A stretch of 64,000 nt of DNA from positions 46,726 to 110,725 of the forward strand of contig CACGHY010000001.1 of NCBI GenBank assembly GCA_902573085.1, read 5' to 3'. A program made the position numbers and the translations under genes. The DNA comes from an uncultured Candidatus Poseidoniales archaeon. Lineage in GTDB: Archaea > Thermoplasmatota > Poseidoniia > Poseidoniales > Thalassarchaeaceae. Shown here one piece after another: positions 20,301 to 30,836 of this stretch; the stretch's first letter is position 1, and each line of letters starts with the position of its first letter. The notes below the pieces were generated by a model that searched no databases, had not been told where the DNA came from, and was given only the letters and a program-made list of their open reading frames with translations.

Positions 20301-22283
20301 GTGAGCCAAATCGCATCAGGTAGTATTTTCCGGATATTGTCCGTAACCATTCTATTGATTTCTTCTTCGTACGTATACATGAATTCTGGATCTGTCAATG
20401 ATGCGATTTCTTCGACGGTCAAAACGAAAAATGCGCACGAAAGCCCTTTAGTTGGCCTTGCCGAAGAAGAATCCTGGCCTGTGCTTAGAATCAGCTTTCC
20501 CGGCAAACCCTTTCCTAATTCACTATTAGGAGGCTTGTTTGAAGGCAATTACTCTGCAGAACAATACATCTCCGAGATGAGCGGCGGCAACTCTCGATTG
20601 GCGACGATGATGGTAGGAGAAACATGGGTATCCCCATATTCGGAGTCACACTGGGGGACTGATTCCGAGGGCGAGAGGGACTCTGGAGCAAACTCAGGCG
20701 GAGCAAGGGAATTAGCCAAAGAAGCGATAATTAATTCATTTCAGACCTCCACATGGGGGGAGGACCTGGATCTTTCTCAATGGGATCTCGATGGCGATTT
20801 CATTATTGACAGGCTACTCATCCTACATTCTGGACAGGCCCAAGAGGAAGGAGGCCCATCAACAAGCATTTGGAGCCATTTCTCTTCATTCTACGAGCCT
20901 GTCAAGGTCGGAGATTATACATTCGAACACTATACTATGGCCTCGGTACATGGAGGACTTGGGGTTTTGGTCCATGAAATGCTACACCAAATGGGGGCCG
21001 TTGATTTGTACGATGTCCATAGCGATGCACCCTCAAGAAACTGGCATGGACTAGGTGACTGGGACGTCATGGCCAGTGGCAATTGGGTAGGTGATGGCTC
21101 CAGACCAACGCTTCCTTCATCTTCCACTCTAGAATTAATCGGTGCGATAGATCCTATAGAGACAATCTTAATCTCCGATGGAAATTTTTCTCTAGAACCC
21201 ATATCTAATGGCGGTAATCCACTTAAGATTGAGATAGCACCCCAGGAGTATATCTGGGTCACACTCAGATCAAAAACTGGTTTTGACGAGGGTTTACCCG
21301 GGCACGGTATATTAGTCGAGCAACAGGATCTCAATTTCGGAGATGTTGATTCCAACCTACTGAATACCGACCCAACAAAACCATGGGTGAAGATTGTTGA
21401 AGCAGATGGAGACGACTCTTTATTGAGGGCTAGAGATTATGGTTCACCAGGAGATGTTTTCCAAGTAGGTGATAAATTTGGCCATACAGGAAAGAAGATT
21501 TGGGACAATCACGGCAGGCTCGTTCAATGGACAGCCACGGTCATAGATATTCGTGAGAGTTCAGCAACCATCGAGGTTGATTTTGTTGGTGATTCGAACT
21601 CCACACTTAGCGTACCTAGAATTCCAATAGTGGTTCTGGGCGATGAACTAATTATTGCCGATTTTTTCACAACCGACCAATGTATGTTAGAAGTTGATAT
21701 CTCATCAACAGGTAATGTTTTGATTCCGCCTCATGATAGCAACTCTACAAAGATCCAATTAATCGAAATAACAAATTCTTCTTCTAAAAAAGGGACAATT
21801 GAAGGATCTATTGGTTGCCAAAATCGTCCTAAGAACACGGTCTCTATAGACTGGATTGTAGTAAACCATAGATTATCCACAGACGAACTCGAAGAAACGA
21901 TACCTTGGGATACAGACTCTACTATTTCGCTATATCCGGATGCACTTGGTTCTGGCCCTAGGACATACAGCATAACAATAGAAGGTGCCGCAGGAAGAAT
22001 CTCTGAACCAATCACAGATGGGGCCTTCTATCCGGGAGATCCAATCGAGTTGCGAATTGCCCCAGATGGACTCCTGGAACCGAGGATGATTGCAAAGGGA
22101 GAGCTAGTAATTTTAGACTCAGACAACATCGAGCAAAGAATCCCTTTCCAATTAAAGGCGGAAGGTGATTTGCCGTTCGGCCCATTAAACTGGCTGGCAA
22201 TTCCCTCTAATGCAATATCCACAGTTCTTATTTTGTTGGCATTATCAGTAGCAACTGGTAACAGGCAGAAATACCAGAATTAG
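20301..22283 (+). CDS. secreted zinc metalloprotease (HExxH; M6/immune-inhibitor-A-like) with a C-terminal TM anchor
   Basis: N-terminal signal peptide, HEMLHQMGAVDLYD (HExxH...DxYD) typical of M6-like metalloproteases, and a C-terminal hydrophobic helix. Confidence 0.55.
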   Translation: MSQIASGSIFRILSVTILLISSSYVYMNSGSVNDAISSTVKTKNAHESPLVGLAEEESWPVLRISFPGKPFPNSLLGGLFEGNYSAEQYISEMSGGNSRLATMMVGETWVSPYSESHWGTDSEGERDSGANSGGARELAKEAIINSFQTSTWGEDLDLSQWDLDGDFIIDRLLILHSGQAQEEGGPSTSIWSHFSSFYEPVKVGDYTFEHYTMASVHGGLGVLVHEMLHQMGAVDLYDVHSDAPSRNWHGLGDWDVMASGNWVGDGSRPTLPSSSTLELIGAIDPIETILISDGNFSLEPISNGGNPLKIEIAPQEYIWVTLRSKTGFDEGLPGHGILVEQQDLNFGDVDSNLLNTDPTKPWVKIVEADGDDSLLRARDYGSPGDVFQVGDKFGHTGKKIWDNHGRLVQWTATVIDIRESSATIEVDFVGDSNSTLSVPRIPIVVLGDELIIADFFTTDQCMLEVDISSTGNVLIPPHDSNSTKIQLIEITNSSSKKGTIEGSIGCQNRPKNTVSIDWIVVNHRLSTDELEETIPWDTDSTISLYPDALGSGPRTYSITIEGAAGRISEPITDGAFYPGDPIELRIAPDGLLEPRMIAKGELVILDSDNIEQRIPFQLKAEGDLPFGPLNWLAIPSNAISTVLILLALSVATGNRQKYQN

Positions 22284-23350
22284 TACCTTATTGGATTACT
22301 CCACCTTGAATCGGAGGGCGGTCTTGATATTTGCAGGTATCTCCACTCATTTTTTCCTTTCTTTACTGGATAAAGCCAATACTTGTTCACGCCTGAGGCC
22401 AACCTCGATGATAGACAGGCTTCGGCCCAACTTTTCGGATTTTCTGATGACGGGTCTACCACTAGCCAAGGGGCATGCCCCTCGCCCACATCTGCCGGGT
22501 AGCATCTCCATTTTGTGCCGTACTTGAAACCAGACCTTGTGTTTAGGCCCCTTTCCCAAAGATCGAGCATTATACTAGCCGATACCGACATATTTTCTGT
22601 GGCATGGTTTGTGACCGATTGGACAACCTCGTATTCGACATTATCTAGTTGCCTGCCACCGTGTATTGGCAAACCAATAGCGTCGTATTTCCATTCATCG
22701 TCGTCAATAATGAATACTCCGTTATCTCCCAAATCAACCGATTTAAGACTCGAGATTCTTTGAAATTCATTGTATCCCGGCGGACGTAGAATTCCGGTTG
22801 GATTCGACTCAGATATACGATAAGTAACCACAGACTTTTCTTCATCTACTACAAGAACTTCAGATATCCTGCCCTTCATATTTACTTCATACGACCATCG
22901 TAGTAATGATTCCAACGACTGAGATCTATCGGATTCTCCATTCAATAAATCACTCGAATTGAACCAAATAACTTCTGAGTCTGGATCATTTCTACTCGGA
23001 TGTTTATCTGACGACCACCTTAATCCCCACGAATTACAGTCATCTATGCCTAATCGAGAAAAATTATTGCCCAGAACGACCTTGTTACCCGGGACTCTTA
23101 ATGCTTCTAATATTGCATATTCTTCTAAAAGTGTCGAGTTATTCTGGAGTCTCTTGTTCACCCATTCCAACATAGCTTTCTCATCTGGAATCAGAGGAAA
23201 GCTAGCTCCTCTATGATTCTTAGAGAATAGTACTTCAATGTCAGTAAGCGCCAATCCACCACCATCGATAAGAACTCCGATTGCTGATTTCTCCCATAAT
23301 CTACTGTATTCCGGACCATCGAAAATCCAAGATTCCCCCGTCCACTCCAT
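22280..23350 (-). CDS. endA: tRNA-splicing endonuclease (alpha2-type, duplicated-domain EndA)
   Basis: C-terminal catalytic unit ...DLWERGLNTRSGFKYGTKWRCYP...GHAPWLVVD...SGVNKYW with the conserved Tyr/His/Lys. About 350 aa, with a degenerate N-terminal repeat. Confidence 0.65.
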   Translation of the reverse strand: MEWTGESWIFDGPEYSRLWEKSAIGVLIDGGGLALTDIEVLFSKNHRGASFPLIPDEKAMLEWVNKRLQNNSTLLEEYAILEALRVPGNKVVLGNNFSRLGIDDCNSWGLRWSSDKHPSRNDPDSEVIWFNSSDLLNGESDRSQSLESLLRWSYEVNMKGRISEVLVVDEEKSVVTYRISESNPTGILRPPGYNEFQRISSLKSVDLGDNGVFIIDDDEWKYDAIGLPIHGGRQLDNVEYEVVQSVTNHATENMSVSASIMLDLWERGLNTRSGFKYGTKWRCYPADVGEGHAPWLVVDPSSENPKSWAEACLSSRLASGVNKYWLYPVKKGKNEWRYLQISRPPSDSRWSNPIRY

Positions 23351-23421
23351 GCATGAACGGGAACGCTGTCAAATTAGACGCTATCCCCAAATATCATCCG
23401 TGCAGACTCCTTCGCTGAAAC

Positions 23422-24474
23422 GTGACCGATGCCACTGATGAAAGAAGACAGAAAAGCCTCAAGACTCTTAGAAATCTTTTGGAAACTTTAGATGGTCAGA
23501 AAGTGACACTTATTGGCGATACAATGCTCGATAGATATCACCACGGTTTCGCGAATAATCTCAACTCAACAGCCCCAGTACCTGTGTTGAAGATTACCCA
23601 TTCAGAAGAGTCACCGGGTGCTTCTGCCCACATAGCCATAGGCCTCTCTTCGTTCGGTATGAATGTCTCATTCCATACCGCATTGGGGGATGATTCGGAG
23701 GGGAAATCAATAATTCATACACTCAACGAACTCAATATTTCAACGGATAATGTTAGATTGATTCCATCTAGGGAGACTCTAACCAAAATTAGATTCTTCG
23801 GCAGCAGAGAGAGCCTGCTGGATAGGGGGCAAATTCTTCTTCAAGCAGATAGGGGCACCAACGAGCCTGTAAGTCAAGATGTCTCATCCAAGCTTGCTTC
23901 TTCGGCATTAAAGGATTTAGGAGATAGTTGTGCCTTGGTAATTTCTGATTATGACAAGGGTGTTGTAACTACCGAAGAATCACTCAAGCTAATTTCAGAG
24001 GCAAACAAGATTGGTATTCCAATTATTGTAGATCCGAAACTAACAGGTTTGGAAAAGAGCCGTGGCGCATCAGTAGTGATTTTTGAAAAGAGGGGGATGT
24101 CTCTTTTAGCTCGGCGAATCGGATTAGATGTTGAGGATGCAGCACAAAGTATGTTGAGTGAGTATTCATGGAAAGGAATTCTTGTACTTGGAGGAATAAA
24201 CGGGGTCCAATTATACCAGCGTGATCATGAATCAATAATGATACCATGCATGGCACCTGCAGCTGAGCAACAAATTGGGATGCACGATGCCGCCGCGACA
24301 TCCCTAGCAGCAGCTCTGGGATCAGGCCTTTCCCTATACGATGCCGCCTTATTGGCATCTGCTTCATGCGAATGCGTTCTGTCTGCAAATACAGCACAGG
24401 AGTACATTGATCGAGATACTCTAGGGGTATGGCTTGATGAGCTTTCATGGCAGATGAGAATATCCGAAAGATAG
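23422..24474 (+). CDS. PfkB-family carbohydrate kinase (RfaE/HldE domain-I-like)
   Basis: N-terminal ...VTLIGDTMLDRYHHG... resembles ADP-heptose synthase kinase domains. C-terminal ...GMHDAAATSLAAAL... is the ribokinase-family anion-hole motif. Confidence 0.55.
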   Translation: MTDATDERRQKSLKTLRNLLETLDGQKVTLIGDTMLDRYHHGFANNLNSTAPVPVLKITHSEESPGASAHIAIGLSSFGMNVSFHTALGDDSEGKSIIHTLNELNISTDNVRLIPSRETLTKIRFFGSRESLLDRGQILLQADRGTNEPVSQDVSSKLASSALKDLGDSCALVISDYDKGVVTTEESLKLISEANKIGIPIIVDPKLTGLEKSRGASVVIFEKRGMSLLARRIGLDVEDAAQSMLSEYSWKGILVLGGINGVQLYQRDHESIMIPCMAPAAEQQIGMHDAAATSLAAALGSGLSLYDAALLASASCECVLSANTAQEYIDRDTLGVWLDELSWQMRISER

Positions 24475-24521
24475 AATCACGATTACATGGGATTGAATAG
24501 TGTCGTTCTAACCGATGAAAC

Positions 24522-26036
24522 ATGAGTGCCATGTCTGCCCCGCCCTTCAAAGGATCATTTATTCTGGTAATTCTAATACTTGCTTCAAACCTGCAAGCGT
24601 TTCATTCAAAGGCGGAGAATCTCATACCTGCCGTACTTACAATTGATATTGAGGACGGGGTCGTAATTAATGATGAATTTACCTTCAAGGCTACAGTGAC
24701 GGATGATTTAGAACCCCGTTCAGCAAGTTGGGAGTTGTTTGACTCGACTTCAACAAGGCAATATGTCTCTGTATCTGATTTTGGTCAAGACATTAATAAC
24801 GGTCCATCGAAGGATTGGTCGTTTGAAATAGATATATTCCCCGAGTTACTAGGCCCATGCTCATGTATACTGATTGTGAGCATAATTGACTCAAATGACA
24901 TTCTTCTAGTCGAATCCATCAGTATATTCATTCAATCCCCAGGGGTAGCAGACGAGGAATTCGCTCCTACCTTGCACATAATTGATGGCGGAATTGACAA
25001 TTGGCACAGCCAATCATATGTTCTTGAAGCACTATCATCCACTATAGATAGCAATGTACCTTCTTTCTCAACTATAATTCGGAGGTCAACTCCAATCAAG
25101 TGTGCATATGAAGGTACTGAGCCAGAAAATTCGCTTTACCCGGTTAATCATAATTCGACTATGCAATCAAATTTTTCCGATTTTGAATGGGACGGGCACA
25201 CTCTAACTTTCAAGATTAATCTCGTTTATTTTGAAGATGGATGGTATGACGTTATTCTATTCGCTCAATCCGAGAATGAAGATGATACTTACTCGGATGA
25301 TTGTATCAGTATTAGAATCGATAATACCCCTCCTGTTGTAATAGTAGACATTCCTGAAGAGCTGCCAGAAGGCACTGACACAGTATACCTAGATGCCTCT
25401 TCGACGGTGGACGATTTTTGGGGTATACAAGGACTAACATACACCTGGTCAATAAATAGAATCGGAGTTTCCGGGGAAGAAATGAATCAGGTCCTCAGTG
25501 GTCCCGATTATCGATCGATAGAACTGAATCTCGATGATTCAAGATCTTTCACCATATCACTATCTGTGTCAGATAATGCGGGGAATATGGGACTCTCAAC
25601 TAATACACTTGATATTGTAAACATAGCTCCAGTAGCACGCTTGACCATTAATGGAGAGGATTATTTCCAAAATGATCGGGTTACTCTTTCCCCAGAATCT
25701 CCGATTCTTGTTGATGCCTCGTCATCTACAGATACTTCGAATGATATAGATAGACTCAGGTATGTTTGGAGAGTAGACAATGTCCCAACCTATGAGGGGC
25801 CTACTAGGTCCATTCCATGGCCTGAGGGGGTGGGTGACAATGGTTTTGTCTTATCGATAGAAGTAATTGACGACAATTCTGAGTCTTCTATGGTATCAAT
25901 TACAGTAGTCGATAGCAGCGAATCTGGCAGTCCCCCTCTTTCAATACTAATTCTAATTTTATCTGGTTGTTTTTTGTCATATTCCGTATTTAGGAGGTCA
26001 AAATTAGATGATCCAGAGATACCCAAGTGGACCTAA
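24522..26036 (+). CDS. hypothetical cell-surface protein (Ig/PKD-like beta domains) with a C-terminal TM anchor
   Basis: Signal peptide, several roughly 90-aa beta-rich segments, and a C-terminal ...LSILILILSGCFLSYSVFRRSK anchor. Confidence 0.4.
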   Translation: MSAMSAPPFKGSFILVILILASNLQAFHSKAENLIPAVLTIDIEDGVVINDEFTFKATVTDDLEPRSASWELFDSTSTRQYVSVSDFGQDINNGPSKDWSFEIDIFPELLGPCSCILIVSIIDSNDILLVESISIFIQSPGVADEEFAPTLHIIDGGIDNWHSQSYVLEALSSTIDSNVPSFSTIIRRSTPIKCAYEGTEPENSLYPVNHNSTMQSNFSDFEWDGHTLTFKINLVYFEDGWYDVILFAQSENEDDTYSDDCISIRIDNTPPVVIVDIPEELPEGTDTVYLDASSTVDDFWGIQGLTYTWSINRIGVSGEEMNQVLSGPDYRSIELNLDDSRSFTISLSVSDNAGNMGLSTNTLDIVNIAPVARLTINGEDYFQNDRVTLSPESPILVDASSSTDTSNDIDRLRYVWRVDNVPTYEGPTRSIPWPEGVGDNGFVLSIEVIDDNSESSMVSITVVDSSESGSPPLSILILILSGCFLSYSVFRRSKLDDPEIPKWT

Positions 26037-26076
26037 TCTTGAAAAGACCAAAAAAGAAGTAATTACAGGGGTTTCT

Positions 26077-27396
26077 ATGAGTTTACCATTCGATAGGTCA
26101 GAGTACCTGAGTCGCCAGGAATCGGTTTTTTCCAAACTACCCAAGCCGAGCGTAGCAATCATACCAACAAATGAACGAAAAATAAGATCAAATGATGTTT
26201 CATACCCATTTAGGGCTAATTCATACATGCTATATCTTTGTGGCTGGGAAGAAGATGTTGGTACATTACTAGCAACGAATTTATCAGGAAATTGGGAAAC
26301 AACGCTATTCGTATCTGATAGGGATACAAAGAAGGAAATATGGGAAGGAAAACGTATTGGTGTTGATGGAGCCAAATCATGGCCGGTTGATCATACGAGC
26401 TCCATACAAAGCTTCGAATCTCGAATCAAAGAGTTATCTTCGGAAGTAAGTATGATTTTTACAATACCCGGCGTATCTTCGTCATTGGACACATTTTTGG
26501 CTGGTATTACTGAAACCCGAGACTTACGCACATATATCGACCCGATTAGGAGAATCAAGTCAACAAGTGAAATTGAATATATGCAAGAAGCAGCACTAAT
26601 TGCTTCATCAGCCCATGAGAAGGCAATGCGCAATGCACAACCCGGAATGGGGGAATGGGAGATTCAATCTGAGGTCGAAGGTCACTTCCTGTCTTCACTA
26701 AGCCAATGGAGCTTCCCATCTATAGTGGGTGGGGGGGATAATGCCACCGTGCTTCATTATAAGAGTAACAACCACGTTATAGAATCCGGAGACCTTGTCC
26801 TGGTCGATGCCGGTTGTGAGGTCAGTGGGTATGCATCAGATATTACTCGAACCTGGCCAGTGAACGGGAAGTTTTCTCAGCCTCAGAAAGAAATTTACGA
26901 ACTTGTTCTAAGAGCTGAATTAGCAGGAATAGCAGCCTGTCAACCAGGAGTCCCATGGGTTTCCATGCATGAGGTTGTATGTGAGACTATAGCACATGGG
27001 CTGATAGAACTCGGAGTTCTGGATTGCACTTTCAAAGAAGCATTGGGCAGAGTCGAAGGCAAGCCAGGGGTTTTTGAGGGGCAAATTAGAAATTTCTTCA
27101 TGCACGGTACCGGGCATTTTCTTGGCTTGGACGTCCATGACGTTGGAGGGGGGCGCCAAGGGGATCCGGACTCCTCGTTTTTATTAGAGCCGGGAATGGT
27201 CCTAACAATTGAGCCCGGTTTATACTTTGCATCTTGGAGGACTGACATATCTATTCCCGATAGGTACGCGGGAATAGGAATCAGAATAGAGGATGATGTT
27301 TTGGTAACAGAACAAGGCCCCTTGGTACTATCATCATCATGCCCGAAGATGTTGGACGAGATTGAGCAAATAGTGGGGAAGAGAGAAAATGACTGA
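26077..27396 (+). CDS. pepP: Xaa-Pro aminopeptidase (M24B family)
   Basis: Metal ligands in ...DAGCEVSGYASDITRT..., HGTGHFLGLDVHD, and EPGLYF...IRIEDD. Start placed at MSLPFD to avoid overlap with the upstream gene. Confidence 0.8.
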   Translation: MSLPFDRSEYLSRQESVFSKLPKPSVAIIPTNERKIRSNDVSYPFRANSYMLYLCGWEEDVGTLLATNLSGNWETTLFVSDRDTKKEIWEGKRIGVDGAKSWPVDHTSSIQSFESRIKELSSEVSMIFTIPGVSSSLDTFLAGITETRDLRTYIDPIRRIKSTSEIEYMQEAALIASSAHEKAMRNAQPGMGEWEIQSEVEGHFLSSLSQWSFPSIVGGGDNATVLHYKSNNHVIESGDLVLVDAGCEVSGYASDITRTWPVNGKFSQPQKEIYELVLRAELAGIAACQPGVPWVSMHEVVCETIAHGLIELGVLDCTFKEALGRVEGKPGVFEGQIRNFFMHGTGHFLGLDVHDVGGGRQGDPDSSFLLEPGMVLTIEPGLYFASWRTDISIPDRYAGIGIRIEDDVLVTEQGPLVLSSSCPKMLDEIEQIVGKREND

Positions 27397-28537
27397 TTGG
27401 ATGACAATTCTAGAGGCGCAGCTTTCGACCGATCCTCCTATTTTAACCGTAGAAGATGCGGAGAAAATATACCTCCAAGCACCTTTGAGCGAATTGATGT
27501 ATGCTGCATCAGAGAGGAGGAAGAGGCAAGTTCCCGGAAATATCGTTACTTATATGATTGATAGAAATATCAATTACACAAATATTTGCACAATTAATTG
27601 TAATTTCTGCTCTTTTTATCGATCACCCGGTCATGACGAGGGATATACTCAGACTCTGGACCAGATTAGCACCCGAATTCACGAATTAGAGGAACTAGGC
27701 GGTTCAAGAATCCTAATGCAAGGAGGCGTTAACCCTTCACTGCCCTTCGAATGGTATACTGAATTACTATCAGAGCTATCTATGAGGCATCCATCAATAG
27801 CATTGGATTGCTTCTCACCCATTGAGATTGAGGGGATAGCAGAAGTCTCAGGTCTTTCTACTATTGAGGTCCTTTCGAGACTACGCGAATCTGGTATGCA
27901 CGGGCTTCCTGGGGGAGGTGCGGAAATGCTCGTTGATAGTGTGAGGAATGGAATTTCACCAAAGAAAGGATCCTCTGAGAATTGGATTAGGGTGATGGGG
28001 GAAGCGCAATCGCTTGGCCTGACTACTTCTGCGACGAACGTCTTCGGTTTCGGCGAGAACGTCAGAGATAGAATAGAGCACATGAATAAGATCAGAATAT
28101 TGCAGGAGAGGTCATTGTCAAAGGATTACCCCGGATTCACATCATTCATTTCTTGGCCGGTAATGCTCGAAAACAATGCTTTTGGGAAACTGGGCAGTAG
28201 GAGGGGCGCGACCAACCTAGGTGCAGGGTCAGTTGAGTACCTCAGGCATGTCTCTGTATCCAGGCTCTTCATGAATAACATTGACCACATTCAATCATCA
28301 TGGCCTACTATGGGTTTGAAAGTGGCTCAAATAGCATTGACGGCAGGTGCCGATGACATAGGGTCGACCATGATGGAAGAGAATGTAGTCTCTGCCTCTG
28401 GAACTACCAAGACAATGGCTTCAATTTCCGAATTGGAGGAATCTATACTAAATTGTGGTTTCACTCCTGCCAGAAGGGACTCTGATTACAATATTCTGGA
28501 GAATTTAGGTGCGGGAGAACCCCATCTAGAGGTCTGA
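27389..28537 (+). CDS. radical SAM enzyme, MqnE/MqnC/CofH family (futalosine-pathway or FO-synthase-like)
   Basis: ...NYTNICTINCNFCSFYR has the CxxxCxxC cluster in the context typical of this subfamily. Size is about 380 aa. Confidence 0.6.
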   Translation: MTDWMTILEAQLSTDPPILTVEDAEKIYLQAPLSELMYAASERRKRQVPGNIVTYMIDRNINYTNICTINCNFCSFYRSPGHDEGYTQTLDQISTRIHELEELGGSRILMQGGVNPSLPFEWYTELLSELSMRHPSIALDCFSPIEIEGIAEVSGLSTIEVLSRLRESGMHGLPGGGAEMLVDSVRNGISPKKGSSENWIRVMGEAQSLGLTTSATNVFGFGENVRDRIEHMNKIRILQERSLSKDYPGFTSFISWPVMLENNAFGKLGSRRGATNLGAGSVEYLRHVSVSRLFMNNIDHIQSSWPTMGLKVAQIALTAGADDIGSTMMEENVVSASGTTKTMASISELEESILNCGFTPARRDSDYNILENLGAGEPHLEV

Positions 28538-29611
28538 TAGTTCTGCTCTACCGCTAATCACTGGAGCCCTAAGAATTCGTGTCGGCTCTTTGGATTGTGG
28601 CATTATAATCGGTAAGACCCAGTAAATCCTCCTGCCATTTCGTTCAAGGAACTCCAAAACTACCTCCCAGTGGATTGCTATAAGTGATGAATAGACTGTA
28701 CCCGGCCATTGTTCTGATGGCATTTTGAGTGAATATTCCGCTTCTGAACCCGTGGACTCTGTCCAATCGCCTTTCTCCATTATCCTTAGGGGCTCCAGGA
28801 TCACTGATTTCTTTGATGATAGTTGCATTGGAATAGACTCTCCTACACCCGTTCCAGTCTCATCGCCAGAAGTCAGTCTTTTCTCTGGTAACCTAGTTGA
28901 CATTCCAGGAGCAGGTTGTCCACCTTCGTTCCTTTTTAGAGTCGCCAGAACTGAGCTTCTTTCGGGCATAGCTACACCAACTTGGACTCTCGAACGAATT
29001 AACTGTAGACTCGTGTCATTATTCTCAACTTCGATATCTATTGCTCCTCTGGTGGAATTAACTCGAACTTCTGGGGGCTCATATGGCCTCACTGAAATTT
29101 CCTTTTGCCTATTGAAATCTCTGAAATTTGCTATGGTTCTGAAAACAAGTGGCAAAATGAACATTGGGAATGTGTAGAACAACAATCTAGGATAGTCCAA
29201 AGGACCTATTGATATTGAACCTGCGATAGTTTCATCGATTATTCCCTGTTCAACTAATCCGGGCTCTATAGCATGTACGAACAATGAAGATATCAGCAAT
29301 GTTACTGTAGGGATAATCAGCTTTCTAGAAATATTATGCAGCCTATCTGGTCTAATGAACCAGCCCATCCTAGTATCAGTCAAGAAACGGGGAGGTGAAT
29401 CTGTGACTCCCCCCTCTAGTAGTAGCAAGTCCACTTCGTCTTCTTCCATTCTCCTCCATTGAACGAACCAGCCACCATCTGAGCCAATGGTGAAGCTGGT
29501 CACACTCATTCCAAAGCTCTCGATTGTGGCCTTACAGATTGGTATGTTTCTGGGATTCATATGTTCCAGTTCAAAGGGGGGATACCTGATGCTCTGTACG
29601 TACCTATCCAT
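28526..29611 (-). CDS. hypothetical protein (central hydrophobic segment), co-directional and contiguous with the GGR-family gene
   Basis: No recognisable motif. Sits 1 nt downstream of 29613..30818 on the same strand. Confidence 0.35.
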   Translation of the reverse strand: MDRYVQSIRYPPFELEHMNPRNIPICKATIESFGMSVTSFTIGSDGGWFVQWRRMEEDEVDLLLLEGGVTDSPPRFLTDTRMGWFIRPDRLHNISRKLIIPTVTLLISSLFVHAIEPGLVEQGIIDETIAGSISIGPLDYPRLLFYTFPMFILPLVFRTIANFRDFNRQKEISVRPYEPPEVRVNSTRGAIDIEVENNDTSLQLIRSRVQVGVAMPERSSVLATLKRNEGGQPAPGMSTRLPEKRLTSGDETGTGVGESIPMQLSSKKSVILEPLRIMEKGDWTESTGSEAEYSLKMPSEQWPGTVYSSLIAIHWEVVLEFLERNGRRIYWVLPIIMPQSKEPTRILRAPVISGRAELSDL

Positions 29612-29612
29612 G

Positions 29613-30818
29613 CTATCCCCACAATACGGCTCTGGCGGCCCTGCCAGCCAGTTTTCGGAATTCGGGCACTTCCCTGAGCATCTTGATCCCTAGTGGTATC
29701 GGATTTTCTATGTCGCCGAATTCATTTATCAAATCTGTAACCTCTGGCCTAGCCCAAACATCGAAAATCCTTTCAAGTTCTAAATCGTTCATCTCAGTCA
29801 AAAATGCATCCCTTAGTGCCCGCTTCTTCCTCTGGTTCCTATCCATCTCCTTAAGTAACGAGGACAATGATTTCATCGTGCCCTTGCTTAATTCGTTATT
29901 CTTCAAATGTCTACTAAGTTTAGGTACTAATAAGTCAACTTGTTGGAACCCAGGTCCTATTCCCCCTCCGGTTGTAGGTTTACACACCCCTGCTGAGTCT
30001 CCGAAGAGTGCCACTCTCTCAATAAGTGGTTTTTTTACAATGCCACTGGGAACCGGCCCGCAAAATCTAGCTATTTCAGAACACATTTCAAACCTGGAGT
30101 TGATTTTTTGATCTTGCAGCAACCTGTCCAGATACTGCTCGCTTGATAACCCATTCATCAAATCAGCTTTTGTCCATGTACCGACCCTAGTAGTTTCTCC
30201 CGTCGGTATCGCCCAACTGAAGAATCCAGGTGAAATATTCTTTCCAGTGTACATATCTAACATCCCCGAATCACCTTTATACCCAGTGACCTCTATTTGG
30301 AAACCAATCATGGTTTCACGAGGAATTCCCATTCGGAAATTTCTACGGACCCAAGAATGGGCACCATCGGCACCACATAGTAGCTTGCAGTGAATGGTTT
30401 CGTCACCATTGGGTCCATCTATCTTTACTTCTACAAATTTATCGTATACTGTAGCTGAATACGGTTTTGATGACAAGAGGAGCTCCGTACCTGTGGCTAT
30501 TGATTGCATAACCACGGCTTCATCGAACAGCTTTCTGCAAACGGAGAATGTGCGAGGAACTCTAGGATCTCCTATCGTCACTCTCGTACCGGTCGGACTA
30601 TGGATATTGGCACCCCAGATAGACGTTAGAATTGTATTCTCCAGACCTATCGTTTTCATTGATGCGGGATTAACCAAACCCGCACATTGAAATGGCCTTC
30701 CAATCTGATTGTGTTCCTCTATCATGAGCACACTGTTTCCGTGTTCGTTGAATCTTCTTGAAAGATAACCTCCAACAGGTCCTGCACCTATCACAACAAC
30801 ATCGAACTCACGAATCAT
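29613..30818 (-). CDS. geranylgeranyl reductase family FAD-dependent oxidoreductase
   Basis: FAD-binding N-terminus (MIREFDVVVIGAGPVGGY) with the GGR-family pattern. About 400 aa. Confidence 0.7.
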   Translation of the reverse strand: MIREFDVVVIGAGPVGGYLSRRFNEHGNSVLMIEEHNQIGRPFQCAGLVNPASMKTIGLENTILTSIWGANIHSPTGTRVTIGDPRVPRTFSVCRKLFDEAVVMQSIATGTELLLSSKPYSATVYDKFVEVKIDGPNGDETIHCKLLCGADGAHSWVRRNFRMGIPRETMIGFQIEVTGYKGDSGMLDMYTGKNISPGFFSWAIPTGETTRVGTWTKADLMNGLSSEQYLDRLLQDQKINSRFEMCSEIARFCGPVPSGIVKKPLIERVALFGDSAGVCKPTTGGGIGPGFQQVDLLVPKLSRHLKNNELSKGTMKSLSSLLKEMDRNQRKKRALRDAFLTEMNDLELERIFDVWARPEVTDLINEFGDIENPIPLGIKMLREVPEFRKLAGRAARAVLWG

Positions 30819-30836
30819 GCAATCCCCTGTACAGCT

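Noticed and set aside
26008-26076. Upstream extension of pepP overlapping the preceding surface-protein gene
   Set aside because: The M24 peptidase homology begins near MSLPFD, and the extension would overlap 24522..26036. The later start was chosen.
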